DNA of 63,756 nt, filler included, from Octopus bimaculoides (taxonomy: Eukaryota): the NCBI RefSeq assembly GCF_001194135.2. It is 4 parts of 4 records of this genome, joined end to end, with 100 filler letters (N's around TTAATTAATTAA, not from the genome) between each part and the next. Parts side by side here need not be neighbours in the genome. Positions count along the whole stretch, not along the records: positions 22,905 to 47,014 come from NC_068986.1; positions 47,115 to 60,376 come from NC_068990.1; 2 more parts are not named here. One strand, written 5' to 3'. The notes beneath the pieces are model-generated. The model had not been told where the DNA came from and did no database searches. It was given only the letters and a program-made list of their open reading frames with translations. Position 1 is the first letter of the stretch. Each line of letters begins with the position of its first letter. Shown piece after piece: positions 34,969 to 50,100 of this stretch. Both the position numbers and the translations under genes were made by a program.

Positions 34969-37016
34969 AAAAGTGGAAATCAGTTTTGTCACTTTTCGTG
35001 CCTCATGGACTGGTAACACTGGCGGCACTATTGTGCCTCTAGAGTTTATTTCGAACCAGCAATTGTGTCTTAGCAGTGCAGTATGCCAGAGATTTCTGGA
35101 AGTCAGTAATAATTCTTTGGAGTGATATCTTCCAATATTGGCTCCTGGGTTTATCTTCGTTGATCTCCACATTTTCTCTACATAATATTTAATAGTCATG
35201 GAAGCAAGCATGATAGTCGCCTATCGAAATGAATCGGTGTTATTTGTGATATATGACTTAGGAATGAAAATGAAAGGAAAACACCGCATAAAAACATTCC
35301 GAAAAACTGGGTTGCTTCTGAGGTGGTTTCATGTTGTTGTATGTTGTTGTAGCAGTTTTCTTTTTAAGCAGTTCATAAAGGGGATTATTAAAAGAAACGC
35401 TACTTTGTAGTAATCGCACCAATTGACCTTGCGTAACGAAGGGCTTTAATAGAATGGGGGAAACGTTGAAATGAAAGCCAACAGAGATATCCAAAGAGAA
35501 CAACTGAGAAGGGATTTAATGAGAGAGAGAGAGAGAGGCGGGGAGAGAGAGAATGATGGAGGAAGAGGTAAAGGAATGGGAATGGTTAACAGTATAGAAA
35601 AAAGAAGTGAAAAGATTAAGTAAGGAAACGAGAGGCAGATGGAAGGTGGCGACTAGAGAAATAGCGAAAATGAAGAAAGAAAAATGTTTTTTTGGCACAA
35701 AGAATGATGGTGGAAAATTATTTTCTCCTTTATCTTTTAAGAATAACTTACTTATATTTTAGATATACGTCTCATTAGTAGGTTTATATGCATCTGTGTT
35801 AGCTATCTGACTAGACATGGTGCCAGGAAGGCTAGATCTTGAAAGCTTGGTTTCTAAAAGAATATGAAATTCAGGCGAGTATTTAGAGTCATTTTTAAAA
35901 ACAAATTGCTCATGTACTCATGTACTCGTATTTTGTTACTACTGTTGTTGATGTGTTCAAGTCTATGGCGATTGAGCAGACGTATAGTTAAAGGCATTCC
36001 AGTCATGTCCTATGAATAGGTTATGTAATATACTTTCCCTTTATAGAATGATAGACTCTGGTTGGCGGAATATTTTGCTGCTATTTCTAGCAGGACTACG
36101 CAGAAGCTCTCTTTTTGGTCCGTATAGTCACCGTATTTTAAAGTATGTAGTTAACTGAGATCACCAAACTGCATTTAGACTACAGATCGAATATTTGACC
36201 ACTTGCATTCCATTAACTGTTGTGGGTGGTAGTGATATATGTGGCGGTGGTGTTGGTTGTGGTTGCAGCGGTGTTGCTAGTGGTATTTGTGGTGGTTGAG
36301 GTATTGATGTTTTTCCAGAATGTATAATGGAATCATCGTTACCAAAATAATGGTAAAAATACCGGAATACCAGCCGAAATATCAAATGTTCCGAAGAAGC
36401 GAACGATAGAGCCTACAGGTAGTCACTCAACATACTAGATATAACAGACACGTTGCCTAGGAATGCCTTTGATCATAATTCTGTTCAATCATTCTGTGTC
36501 TGACTGTACACAACACTATTGATCATATTATATGATCAACTCTAATTAGACATAGCCAGTGCAAGTCAAGTACTTTTGTATTTGTCTCATAGTGGCCATA
36601 TTTGATTACCTGTAAACTGGTATAATTTTAAGCAGACGTAGGAAAGTTATTACATTCGAACTACTTCTAGTGCTTTATGTCTTTTAATATGGTACGCTAA
36701 AAGCCATGATCATATAAATCATTACTTTTTCCTTAGAGCCACCCTGTTAATTTGAAGTTTTTGTTTCTTTCATTTTCTTTTCCATTGTACTGACTAAACT
36801 TTTAGGATTTATTTAGCGTAATACATAATATACCCCGAACTGCATATGAAGCTTCTTAAATTATAACTTAATGGGTCGATTCGATTTCAGCTGAATAATG
36901 TATCATATGCCCCACCGCTAGAAAAATACTGGCCCATGGCTAATTTATAACCAAACACTCTGCACTCTATGAAAAGTTAACGTTTTCATGATACTCAGTT
37001 TTGTAAGAGTGAGTTA

Positions 37017-37018
<2 letters not shown>

Positions 37019-37095
<77 letters not shown>
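37019..37095. repeat. (TG)n microsatellite
   Basis: Direct sequence. Confidence 0.95.
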
Positions 37096-37098
<3 letters not shown>

Positions 37099-37109
37099 CT
37101 AGAAACATT

Positions 37110-37650
37110 TATTAATTTCAATATAGGATCCTTTGTCTTCAATTTACTTGCTGTAGAGCTCTAGCCGCTTCCTGAAGGCCCTACAGAAGTTCTCCAAATT
37201 AAGGTGACCACGGCTCTTTTGACAGGCTCTTTCATCGCTATGTCTTTAAAACGATTGTCCCTGAGGTTCTACTTTAGCTTGGAAGACAACAAAATGTTAC
37301 AGGGAGCGATGTATGGACTGTAGGGAGGGTGAGGGACAGCCTTGATGGCTATCCCTGTCAGGTAGTTAGTTACTGAGATGGAATTGCGGACTGGTGCATT
37401 ATCCTGGTGCAGGTGCCACCGATGGAAGAGCTTTGGCCTTTTGCGACGAAATCTCTTCCTGAATTCCCTTAAAACCTCCACAAAATATTCTTTGTTGGTT
37501 GTCTGTCCAGAGAAAACCCAGTGGATATAGATCATGACCACGCTGTCGAAAAAGAGGATCATCATGAGATAACCGGTGACTTGATTTTCTTCGTATTCTT
37601 GGGTCAGGAAGGCAGGGCCAGGAGTAGTCCACTTGTATAATTACTCATCC
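37110..37650 (-). pseudogene. Mariner transposase C-terminal fragment
   Basis: MMILFFD...NKEYFVEVL...RKRPKL...WHLHQDNAPVR...VPHPPYSPYIAPCN..L.SKLK. Confidence 0.88.
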
Positions 37651-39636
37651 ATGTTAATTTGTTTACTTTAGGGAACTAACGCATAAAACGTATCCTAAAC
37701 ATATAGGTCTATAGATCTACAGGGCCAACACTTAACGTTCCGGTTTCTGTAGCATCAAGCAGATAACGAATGAATTTTTTTTTCTGAGTAGGACTCAGGC
37801 TTGTCGTTTGTAGTTTTACCTATTGCAAAAAATTAAGTAATGCAAACAAACGAAATAGTGCTAGATCTGAATGCGAAAGCGGTTTTAAGTTGTCGATTAG
37901 CCTGATTAAATTAACTGTTTAATATCCTTCAAATTTCACCATAGCATCTTCAAAATGGATTAATATACTGGATAAGATAATTCTGAACATAGCACACTAG
38001 AAAAGGCAGGTTTGTCACGTTAAGAGTAAAAGAAACATGTAAAAGAAACGTAGTCTAAATCTGAAATCGCCAAGTTTGCACGCTATTGATTTTAAAATAT
38101 CTAAAAGAGTAAAGAGTGTTTTACTCTATGATATTCAGATAGATATAATAAAATTATATCCCCAAATCTACACAAATACAGTACATATCCCAGTACCATA
38201 GCAATAACATTCACCGCCATATCTATCGATATAAACAGGAATATTATCTCGCTTCTTAGACACCAAAAACATCTATTTAAAAAATTTGCAATACTTCAAA
38301 CAGAAAAGTAAATGCAAAAAGAAAACATACTGCAATTTAGCCCCTTTATGTAACTGAAGCACTTCATCATTATAGCACGACATTCAGAACTCTAGAAACT
38401 AAGTTTATAAGTTCAAGATACTAATTTACAAGTCCAAAACTGGACTCTTCAAAATTTTAATCAAATATCGATAAAAATAGGTGGACTAAATTATGGAAAT
38501 CTCATAACATGTATAAAAACATGCAGCGACGCTAGACTCAAATGCAGGTATTCGGAAAAGAAGCCAAAATCACACATACACACACAAAATTACCTTCAGA
38601 AATACAAACACAAGCCACTCCAACCATCCCACTATTAACGGAGAATGCTTCGATGTACGCCATAGATGCAACATAAGAGGTGACTAACACATGAAACATA
38701 AGTTACATAAAAACATTATAACTAAACTGTCTTTACATGCTGAATAACTTCTACCAAACTACTTACATCAATTTTTCTCAGACATCACCTTCTGCCATGT
38801 AGCCACAGTTGGATGACAATATTCCAAACTCATCTCTGACAATCATGACACATCAATGAAGGATATTTAAAACTCAGTAGAATCAGTTCCGCCCGGAAAC
38901 AGAATGAAGATTCGCAAGATTTACAACACTACAATCGACATCGCCGTATATATATTCCACAAAATAATTGTAGATGCTTCCTAAAATATATACTAGAAGG
39001 CTATATGAAAAAGTATCTCCTCAATTATGCAGGAGACATATAGCCGACCTCATAAAAACTAGAGATAAGCTTAAACACTTAACACCAACACCACACGAAA
39101 CAGAAATAAAACTCAGTATCAATCAACTAAGAAGGAAATAAAGAAAACAGAAATCATAGGAAAACGGAAAACTGACAACCACTTGTATCTTACATAGACT
39201 ACAAACTAAGCAGTAAAACAATATATAGAGTAATTAGCATCCTCATCAACAACGATTGTCACACCTCACCTCCTGTCAAAGTCACAAGCTTAAAGTATAT
39301 ATCCTCTCAATAACAGCAAGGAAATGTTTTTACTAAACGTATCTTTTGTTTTATTTGGTTTTGCTTTGCATTTTGTTTTTTTTGTTTTTTTTATCGAAAA
39401 TAAGAATATTAACTATTAAATGCAAAATATAAACTTGCACATTTCTTTTCATCAGACATCTGAAAACCAATAAGGGAATCGAAAGCTGAAAAAACTCTCG
39501 ACTTAAAAACGCTACATATAGGTATACACCTAAAACATGAAGGGTTTGGGAGAAATCATCCCAATACAAAAACTCTAGAAAAAAGGAGTGAAATAGTGTC
39601 ATGTAGATTCATCACTTTCTATCACTAAATTGAATA

Positions 39637-40848
39637 TTAGGTTGAGTAAAAAGTAAGCAACGTTTTGAATCACGAAATTCATCACAATATATTTCAACAA
39701 TGCTAAAATTTTATTCATCAAAGGAAGTACCATTACAATCAACATATATTTGCCAACAAGTTACAAATTTGTTTATTCCGGTAACAAAAAAATATGGAGT
39801 TCTGGAGCTGATGAATCCTTTGAAATCACTGTCAGCATCGGTTTGATATTTGAACTCCTCTCGCAGGTAACCATCAAGGTACTTGAAAAAATGGTATTCG
39901 ATAGGAGAAAGGTCTGGGAAATAAGCTGGGTGGAGAACTTCGTAGCCAAGTTCCCTCAACCTCTGAAGCGTCAATTGTGAAACGTGTGGCCTCTTCTAAT
40001 GAACAGTCTGGGATGGAGGAGTAGCAGTTCTTTTGTTCATTTTGGCAATTTGATGGCAATATGTTTCTGCAGTATTGGTCTTTCCGGGTTCTAAGAAATT
40101 ATAGTGGATGATTCCAGAAGTACACCACCAAACAGTTACCATAACTTTCTTTTTGAAGAGCTTGATTTTCGGTGCTTCATTTTGGTTCAACCACTGCGAA
40201 GAACATTTTATATTATTGTACATAATCCACTTTTCATCGCAAGTTACAATTCGTTCAAGAAATGGATCGAGCAAATTTCATAACTGCATTTTCTTATTTT
40301 CATTCAAATTGTGTGGCACCCATTTGTGGAGCTCTTTTGTTTCCGGTCGCATGCAAATGGTTGCAGGCAGTTTTCTGGCTAACTTGAAGTTCTTTTGCCA
40401 GTTCTCGTATGGCTTTACGTGGATTTTCCTCAACGACGGTCTTTAATTGACCGCCATCGATAAAAGATAGGCGTCCACTATGCTCACGATCTTCAAGGCT
40501 CAGGTCTCCACTGCGAAATCGTTTAAGCCATTTTCGAGCTGACCACTCACTGGTCATTTCCTCACTAAACGTTTCGTTGATATCGCGAGCAATTTCAGCT
40601 GTTTTACGTCCATTTTTTGAAGTTGAATAGCAAAATTGCTCGAATATTGCGCTTTGACAGTTCCACTTCAGATGATTGTAACAGCGGTGAAAAATTTATC
40701 AATGTTAATTTATTGATGCATTTGGGCAAGTCTATGTCTGTATTATCAAGCAATTGCCAAAAATCTTTTAAAAAACTTTGAAACTATGCAAAAGTCCGGT
40801 ACAAATTCGTCGTGGTTCAAAACGTTGCTTACTTTTTACCCAACCTGA
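39637..40848 (-). mobile_element. Mariner (DD34D) transposon, near full length, TA TSD
   Basis: 37-bp TIRs at 39637-39673 and 40812-40848 (34/37 identical) with TA flanks; encloses a transposase. Confidence 0.93.
39711..40660 (-). pseudogene. Mariner transposase pseudogene
   Basis: KWLKRFRSGDLSLEDREHSGR...RIVTCDEKWIMYNN...VMVTVWW...HPAYFPDLSPIEYHFFKYL; frameshifted, with the second-D region deleted. Confidence 0.9.
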
Positions 40849-41761
40849 TACACTAGTCCTAGACAACCATAACTCATACATTTCCCTCTCAAAAGTCCTA
40901 AGAGCCAGGCTACTACACTCGACCACCACACGTGATTCTAATATTATGCCTTCACCATCAAACATTCACATACTCACTTTTAATTATACCAACACCCGCA
41001 AAGCTTTCAATTCTATCCGTCACTATCTACTTATATACAAAATATTGAACTACTCTTTAATAAACAATACAAAAAGCTGGCTAGCAGACTACCTGTTAGA
41101 TTATAAAATTTACAGGGTAAACAAAGACAACTAAATCTGCACAGTGTACAGTGAACGAAAATCATTATTTCATCTCCGCTACGTTTTGTGCTCTGTACAC
41201 AGATAATAGCATAATCGTCGCATCATTCCACCAAAACTCAGCTGCACAACTACCAACACTATATAAATTAACGAGAAGCTTGATTCCAAAGCAACAGTAG
41301 CACATACTAAATTCACTATTTCGCTTCCCTCCTACATTACTAGAGAACTTCAAATATAACCAATCAACTCACTCAACACAGTGAAAGCTCAGTTATTTCT
41401 TTTTATACTGATTTATTGAAAAGAGAGAGAGAGCTTAGAAACCCAGGTATAGATGGCCTAATGCATAATGGATCAAATGTATCGTTATACAGTGTTATTC
41501 TTGTTTCCTTGAGTTAGGTCAGTTTAATCTGCGCGTGTTCAAAATATATTACAAAGTTCCACTGTTGCAGCTTCCAGGTCCAAGGGACAAAGGGAAACGA
41601 GTCGATTTTGGCTTTCATTACTCAGATATCGACAAAACACAAATACAATCAAGTATTGGAGTCATTATACTCGACTGCAATCTCCCCTACTAACTTGTGT
41701 CAGAAATAATTTCTTGGGCAAGGCAAGGCGGGAAATTCTACATAATTACTCGATTTCTATA

Positions 41762-41935
41762 CATAGCAGCCAAAACTCCCTCAAGTCATAGCTTACCATC
41801 TTCAAAAGGCTACGGCAGTGGGGGAGTGATTTGGATAATGCAGTACTAGACACAATATTGAAAAAAAAAACATAAGAATAATAAGATGATATTGTCATGG
41901 GTGGAATGTCTTTGATAATAAATTGGCCTGATGAT
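41762..41935 (+). mobile_element. SINE family D fragment (ATAGCAGCCAAA motif)
   Basis: Shares TAGCAGCCAAA...TTGGATAATG...GAATGTCTTTG with 11620-11760, 17405-17490, 36060-36100, 44490-44710 and 55215-55245. Confidence 0.5.
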
Positions 41936-43074
41936 TAGAGCAGGGGTGGCTAATCTACAATAACAAAAGCAGTAGCAGCATTATTTCGACAAATGATTTG
42001 TTATTTTAGTTTGAGTATTTCAATGATCTTTTCCCTTCTTATTCAAACATGATATAGACGAATTGAATTATGTCTGATGCAACCGTTGCAATTTTTTTGT
42101 AGTTGCTGTTGTTGTTGATGTTTGGAGTCGAGACTAATGTGCGTTTCTATGTTTGTGTCTCTGTGTGTACGTGTATTTACGTATATAGGTATGTACATAA
42201 TCCCTCGTTTTTCGTAAGATAATCACTGAATTTCGTTTGTTTCGTGCGGAAAAAAGATGTGTGTGTGTGTGTGTGCGTGTGTGTGCATGTATGTATATAT
42301 ATGTATGTATATGTATGAATAAATATATATCTATGTATATGTGTGCGTATATATATGTATATGTGTATATATATATNNNNNNNNNNNNNNNNNNNNNNNN
42401 NNNNNNNNNNNNNNNNNNNNNNNNNNNNNNNNNNNNNNNNNNNNNNNNNNNNNNNNNNNNNNATATATACATATATATATTAGCAGATCATGAAACATGA
42501 CTTCATTTTCTGCTTGACCGTGCTATTTTAGCATTTATTTACTTTTGATAAACTTTCATTGAATTCTATGTTTATTTATTCTATGTATATTGTTTTAGGA
42601 TACTACAGCTATTATTGTTGTTGTTGTTGTTATTCCTTTCTTTGTTTTAGTCTGTGATTTTATTTCTATTTATTATTTTTTTCTATTATTTCTGTTTCTT
42701 TCTTGTTAGTTTATTTTAGCTTGGTTTAATAAGGTATTTGCCTGGTTGGAATCTAATTGGTCACGGTGGAAGATCAACGGTTAAAAGAAAAAATAAATAA
42801 AACATTTGTCGTGCGTAACAATAGAAATAATGACAATATATTTACGCTTCAGGTGACAAAATAAGCTAAAAACATTTGTTTTAAAGAAGAATGAAAGAGA
42901 AAAGAAAACATATTTTGCAATTTGTTTTTATTTTATTTTTATTTCATTTTGGAAATGATAATTTTTCGCAATCATATTTTCTTGTTCTCTTGGACTCTTT
43001 TGTTTGTATTTTTTTGCTTATCACACGCGCGCGCACATGTACATTTGTATTTATACATAAATACATATATATAC

Positions 43075-43395
<321 letters not shown>

Positions 43396-46300
43396 TCACA
43401 GATTGTCGCTCTTCTAGATGGCTTTAATATTATTGATATTTATATCGTTGTTGCTTTTGCTGTTGTTGTTAGAATTGCTACAGTAGTTATTTTAGAAATA
43501 AATAAATAATAAAATCAACATATATATAAAAATAAGAAGATCAAAGACTATGTGAAACAGAATGAGTTCGATTATTTGTTGGCATAATTTCCCGGAGATC
43601 TGTATATACAGCCCATATGTCATAGAATGCTTTAGAGATATTGCTTCCCAGATAGATTGATTGGACGAGGGGAAAAAATTCATGTTATATTTTCATTAGT
43701 ATTTTTGCTGTTGTAGTTATTGTTAATCTTGTTGTATTTCGTCTTTTCATGTCTTCTCTTATGAAATTATCAGATTCGTGAGAGAGTGATAGTTATTTCC
43801 TTTCAGTGAAGAAAAAAGTAGATATAAAAATGTGAAATAAAATTACATAATATGATGAATGGGATGTATAAAAATCATCAGGTTTTTTGCTAACATTCTA
43901 TGATCTGCAAAATCCCTCATTTGTTTTGTTGTTCAGTAGTAGTAGTAGTAGTAGTAGTAGTAACAACTACCGTAGCAGCGGTTGCAGTAGAAATGTTTCT
44001 TTTGAAATCTGTGTTATTACTATTGGGAAAAATCATCAGGTTTATTTTCTAAATAGAAAACAAAAATATGATCAGCTAAAAAGAAAACAAAACAAATTTC
44101 TTTTAGATCGTTGATACAAAATCAAAATACCACGCAATTCATCAATTTTTCCCTTTTAAGTATTTCACTGTGGTTAGATGTCCCAATGATATTCCGAGTA
44201 CTAAAATAAAATTCTTTGGAATGTGTAGCTTTTCATATTAAAATACCATGACGCATTAGCTGGATTTCCATTTAAATTTTAAAAACTGACAACTAACGCA
44301 GCAAGCGAAAAGTTCGTTGCTAGCAATTTTACGAATAGGAAAAAAAATGGCATTTTTGCAAATATTTTTTCGATAGTATATGAGAATCTTCAATGGATAC
44401 TAAACCTTATTGTATTTAATGTGCGAATGTCTGATGGTATCAGCCTCAGACCACAGATAGTATTTTAATTTTTGATTGTTACTAAATGAACTCCTGAAGG
44501 AGACTCTATGTGGACAATCGATTTGCTAGAAATAGCAGCTAAACTCTAAGATATTGCACGCTACTTTTTAGCTAAGAATGAAAGAAAGGATATATTGGAT
44601 ATTATTTCCTGAAATAGATTGTTTGAATAAAAGGCAAATGATCACGGCTAGAATGTTGTTGGTAATAGATTTGCTTGATCAGGGCTACACTTGGAGTTAA
44701 AAATCAACAACAATAACAACTGTAGCTGTGCAAATTAAAATTGTTTGCTGACCAGCAATTAACTCTAAAAAGCGTATTGTATTTGATGCAGCATTAAATT
44801 TTCTTTATCTACCACTTGTAGTGCTTTGAATTTGTAGTCCTGCCAAGGTTGTCAGAGCTCTATTTGCATTATATCAGTCTCTACTTTTGAATAGAAGACA
44901 TTTATAGTCGCATCTTGTTTGGTCAATAGCTGCGTAGCATTACATCGCTGATTCAAGAGCAGAAGAGTAGAAAAAATTTCATCCAGAATTAACTTTTTCA
45001 CTCCCCTTTTTTTCTTTTTTGCTATATGGCAATATCTCGCAGCGATCTTAACCAACACAATAACACTCGGAAATGCAACTTAACTTTCTTAAATATCTTT
45101 GTTTCTATCTAGCATTTAGCTATGATTATACGTGAAAATATTTTCCAGATAAATAACGTCAGTTTGATATTTTATTCATTATTCCCATTTCTTAACTCTT
45201 AATATATTCACAAAAAATCTAGCCCAATCATCTTCGGTATTCTAGTAACTCAGTTTGGTCTCGATCACTATACTGTATACTGAACTTCACCGGTATTCAA
45301 TTATATGAAGTGGTGTACTTGTCGCTACGACGCACACCTACAAATAACCGGCGTAACTGCGGATCAGGACACCCACATCAGGCAGATTTTTCTCCGTTTT
45401 GATAGGGATTTTTCCTTTCTTTCTTTTCACTATGCCGTTTTCAAAATTTTTTTTTCCATAAAAAGCTGCCCTTCCCACATCCAACGCCTACCTGCCACCA
45501 TCATTTCAAAAGGCGTAGTGAANNNNNNNNNNNNNNNNNNNNNNNNNNNNNNNNNNNNNNNNNNNNNNNNNNNNNNNNNNNNNNNNNNNNNNNNNNGTAT
45601 GTGTGTGTGAGTGTGCGTGTGTGAGTGAGTGTATGTGTATGTGTGCGTGTGTGATCATGTGTGTGCATGTGTGTGTGTGCGTGTGTGTGTGCATTCTTTT
45701 ATTCATGTATGTACATATGTATCGATGATTAAATCTAAGCTAGTGTAAATGTGTTGTGAACATGTTTGTAGAAACTCGTTTTTTATGTATGTATGTATGT
45801 ATGTATGTATGTATGTATGTGTGTGCGTGTGCGTGTATGTGCATGTATATAGTATGGAAGAAACTTAAGTGGATAGAGATTCCGAGAGTTATTGAATTTA
45901 CTCCGAAAATACGAAATTAATGACGGGTTATATTTGAATTAATGACAAGTTCATAAAATAACACGTCTTTCATCATAGGTTTGTTATGTCGTTACTTAAC
46001 AGCTGCTCTTTATTAGTTAATCGGATGAAATTTAAAGAAGAAACACAAACGCAAATTCATAGACTTTCGTTTCTACTCCATTGGTTTGAGCAATAGTCGA
46101 GTATAAATGAAGGTCTAAAGTAAGAGGCAGAGAACGAAAATGAGGGAATGAAGGGTATTATGTGAGACAGGAAAAAAATCATATGTGAGATTGATTAGAT
46201 GGAACACATTGGTGACGGCACATATAGCTGTCGACAGTTTTAGCAATTCAACTTTAAAATATTGAAGAACGTTCCTAAATTGTTATCTATGTAATTACTA

Positions 46301-46479
46301 CATTCAACGCACCATTGAAAATTTAGACGCAGGCATGAGCGTGTGATGAAGAAGCTTTCTTTGCAACCGTAAGTTTAGCGTTCCATACCACTTCAGAGGA
46401 CCTGAGGTAATTACATTCTTCGATCGTCACAGATTGCTCACATTCGTCAATCACATCGACAACTCGATGGTATTTATTT

Positions 46480-46826
46480 TATTGACCCTGAAAGGATGAA
46501 ATGCAAAGTTAACCTCGGAGGAATTTGAATTCAGAACGTAAAAGAATCGGAAGAAGTGACGCTTTGCATTATATCGGCGAGCCAACGATTTTGCCAAGTC
46601 CCGACTTCAATAATACTAATCCTTTCTACGATAAGAGCAAGATCTGAAAATTTGGGGACGGGGGATAGGCGATTACATTGACTACAGAGGTCAACTTGTA
46701 CTTATTTCAGCACTCCAAAAGGATGAAAATCAATCTCAGCGGAATTTAAACTCAAAACGTAAAAACGGACGAATTACCGCTAAGCACTTTGTCCGGCGTG
46801 CTGACAATTCTACCAACACACCGCCA
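46480..46826 (-). mobile_element. Two tandem SINE family A copies (CpG-retaining)
   Basis: Two successive copies of GGATGAAA...CGGAATTT(G/A)AA(T/C)TCA.AACGTAAAA...; heads near 46610 and 46826. Confidence 0.7.
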
Positions 46827-47014
46827 ATTTTTAGAAGCTGAAAGGTCTTTCTCCAGCCATAAGATCATAGCGATACCCGGATTCTGTGACGAATATATTT
46901 CACCACAGGAAGGTACCCCAGTCCGTTGCAGAGTTGTTCATTTTTTTCAGTGCAACGTGAAATGAGGTATTTTGCTCAAGAACACAACACACTACTCATT
47001 CCAGAAATTGAAAC

Positions 47015-47114
47015 NNNNNNNNNNNNNNNNNNNNNNNNNNNNNNNNNNNNNNNNNNNNTTAATTAATTAANNNNNNNNNNNNNNNNNNNNNNNNNNNNNN
47101 NNNNNNNNNNNNNN
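47015..47114. other. Scaffolding spacer (44N-TTAATTAATTAA-44N)
   Basis: Same construct as 22805-22904. Confidence 0.9.
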
Positions 47115-50100
47115 GAAGAGTGCACTTCCAGACCATACACCCACTAGCGCCAGTTCAGTAAGGGACGCTCAAAACACTAAGTATGACCCCCACCTCAGAG
47201 GCAGACTCGGCTGCCACCAACTCTGATTGGAAAGTGGTCCCCCCCCCAAAAAAAAAGAAAAAGAATGAACACTTCCCCGACACCCCTCTGTACCACAGAC
47301 ACACATCCTCCCGCATGCACACACACCCCACATCTACACAACCAGCACAAACACCAGCACCACAAGCCCAAAACACCATCATCCACCTCATTGCCATCAA
47401 CACGAATAACTTAGACCTAGCAGAACGCTCACATAAGAATACCAACATAACTCCATTCAGAGCTCCCATATCACATTCACAGGTATCTGAACACACCCAA
47501 GTTATATACACTGACAATTACACGAACTAAAGAAAACATTTTACCATATGATAAAGGACCCCTGCAATTAGCTTTCACCAGACACTTATATAAAAATTTA
47601 ATCAAGGGCATCCCACAAGCCACTCTGGGAAATGAGGAAATACCTTCACCACCACCACCCCCAGAAGACGTCAATTTAAGTAAATATTTTTCTTACCTTT
47701 CCATGTTCTCGCTCAAGCTAGGCAATATAAATGTACGTGGCCTGAGATCGAATTGAAAGCAAGGATACTTGCTAAATGACTCAGATCATGGAACTTGGAT
47801 ATCATAGTTACCAGCGAAACCAGACTGACTGGGCTGCAGGCTTTCTTGCCCCGCTTCGATGGTTACAAGATTTACGTATCAACATGCCGGCCCAGAGGCG
47901 GTGGGGACTGCGGTCTTATTCCAGAAAAGCATGGACTCAGAGATCAGGATAGTCTTTGTGGACGTAGAGTGCAATCTACGCGTCCTTGATGTGAATCGCA
48001 GCAGCGGTAGTGCCTTCAGACTGGTCGCTGTCTAAGTGCCAAATGACACTGGACAGTCAGACTACTTCAGACGTCTAGAGGCTTTCCTAAGCACGTCTTG
48101 CACTTTAGTACTAGTAGGTGACTTTAACACAATCCTAGATGCACATGTGGATTGTGTTGGCTCGAATGTAAATAGAAAAGGTAATTCATACCTCGCTACT
48201 CTACTCGGACGGTTCCAGTTGGCTGACAGGTATAGAATTGATTTTCCGAATACTCCAATGTGGACATGGACTAACAGCGTCGGATCTTCCCGGTTTTACT
48301 TAGAGTTTTCATTATATTAGCGGATAACGATAGCGTTAGCTGTCCATTATTTCAGATCATCAGCTACACGGATCGTAAATTTGTGATCTGTAAGCTCGAC
48401 TTAGATAGGTTTTGCAAACAGGGCCCCGGTTACTAGAAACTGAACACGTCACTCTTGGTGTGCAAAGCTTACAGTGACCGGATTAGTGAGTTAGTCAAAA
48501 GGGCATTAAGAGGCTCCATCCTTAACAACAACTGGTGGTATGCCATAAAAAGAGCCATCATATTTGAGTCAATTAGATTTAGCAAAGCTTTAGCATTAGA
48601 AAAAATACAAAATAGAGAGGGTCTTAGTTATTTCACTAGAAGAGACACTAAAATCAGGCAATGCAACCAACGTGCTGGCAGCGAGAATGGCCCTTGACCA
48701 ACATCTCAACGCCAAACAAGAAGGCTGCATTGCCAGGGCTAGGACGTGTTATGAGACAGGGGGAATCAACGCCGCTCGATGGTAGAGGCCCAACGTGGCA
48801 ACAAATCCACCATACGGTTGTTGGTCAACTAAAATGGGCGTACAGTAAACGAACCTGACGAAATGTGTGAGATCCTTCAGCGGGATTTCACTCAACTGCT
48901 TGGGACGAGTGGTGGCCTGAACGTAGGATGGATTTCTCGGACTTCGTTGGCGACTCTCAGCAAGAGAGGCGGAGTGCTGCGAAGGGTCGATATTTGCAGC
49001 ACAAGTGGATGATGCCTTGTAAGGTTGCATCGGGGGCAAATCACTGAGTTTGGATGGTCTGCCCTACGAATTCTATAATAATATGACAGACTTGTTTGGG
49101 AACCTACTGGCAAGCACCTACGGCAACAGGCAGCAGAATAGGAGCACTCCTAGCTCTGTGAACCGAGAGGCCGTGTTCTTGCTAAGAAAATACCCAAACA
49201 AGGTGGACGTAATTGATAATTTTAGGCCCATCACTCTGCTTAATGCAGAGTTGAAGATTTTGGCCAAGGTGCTAATTGAGAGGTTGGCGCTTGTCGTCGA
49301 CAAACTGGTTGAGAGATGCAAACTTGTGCCATCCCAAACAGAACCATCGAAGACAACCTCCACCTTATGCACTACATCATAGATAAGATGGTAAACAATC
49401 CTGGCTTAAGAGGGGCACTGATCCATTTAGATAATTAAAAGCTTTTGATAGGGTAGGCCATCGGTATCTGGCGGCAGTTCTCGAGTTTGGCCTAACCTTC
49501 CGCAGTTAGATCACAGCTTTATACAGCAATTTATACAGCAACATTCTGTCGAAAGTTCGGGTGAACGGTCATCTATCAGAACTGTTCTGCATTGTATGCT
49601 CGGTCCGCTAAGGATGCTCTTTCTCCTCCCTCCTGTACGTTCTGGCCCTTGAGCCATTACTGCTGAAAATGGAGGCTTTGAGAGGCGCCCCACGTGATCT
49701 GGGGGTACAGTAGGTCAGTATCAGCGTATGCGGACGACATCACCGTCATCATATCTGTGAAAAGCACCTACAACTAGTAGGTGGTGCCATAAAGGGTTAC
49801 GAAGTAGTGATGAAAGCAAAAATAAACCGTGAAAAGTCGGTCGACCCTCAACTCAGCACCTGGAGAGGCAGATCGATGCCCCCCAATAACGTTGTGGGAT
49901 AGTGGTTGGACTACCCGGTGAAATTGCTCGGGTCTGGTTGGAGTCAGACCTCCAGGTAGTGAGAAACTGGAATGAGGTAACGAGCAGGGTGGCCAATCTC
50001 ACCTAGAAATGGGCTAAGAGGAAGCTATCCCTGAAAGAGCGGGTGAAGGTGGCGAATGTATATATCGCATCCGTCATCATTTACCGCCTAACCGTCATGC

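Larger units (their letters stand above)
38200..41390 (+). mobile_element. Ancient I/Jockey-like LINE remnant interrupted by a mariner
   Basis: SDITF...LISDNHD (APE end, ~38780-38850); SCRFITF just left of the mariner; HSTTT, KAFNSIRHYLLIYKIL...WLADYL and LYTDNS (YADD-like) to its right. Confidence 0.55.

Noticed and set aside
34651-35211. 186-aa poly-V/I membrane-like ORF
   Set aside because: Translation of the (AAT)n/(AAC)n microsatellite.
41925-41960. CTGATGA followed by a short stem
   Set aside because: No GAAA; it lies in a SINE D tail.
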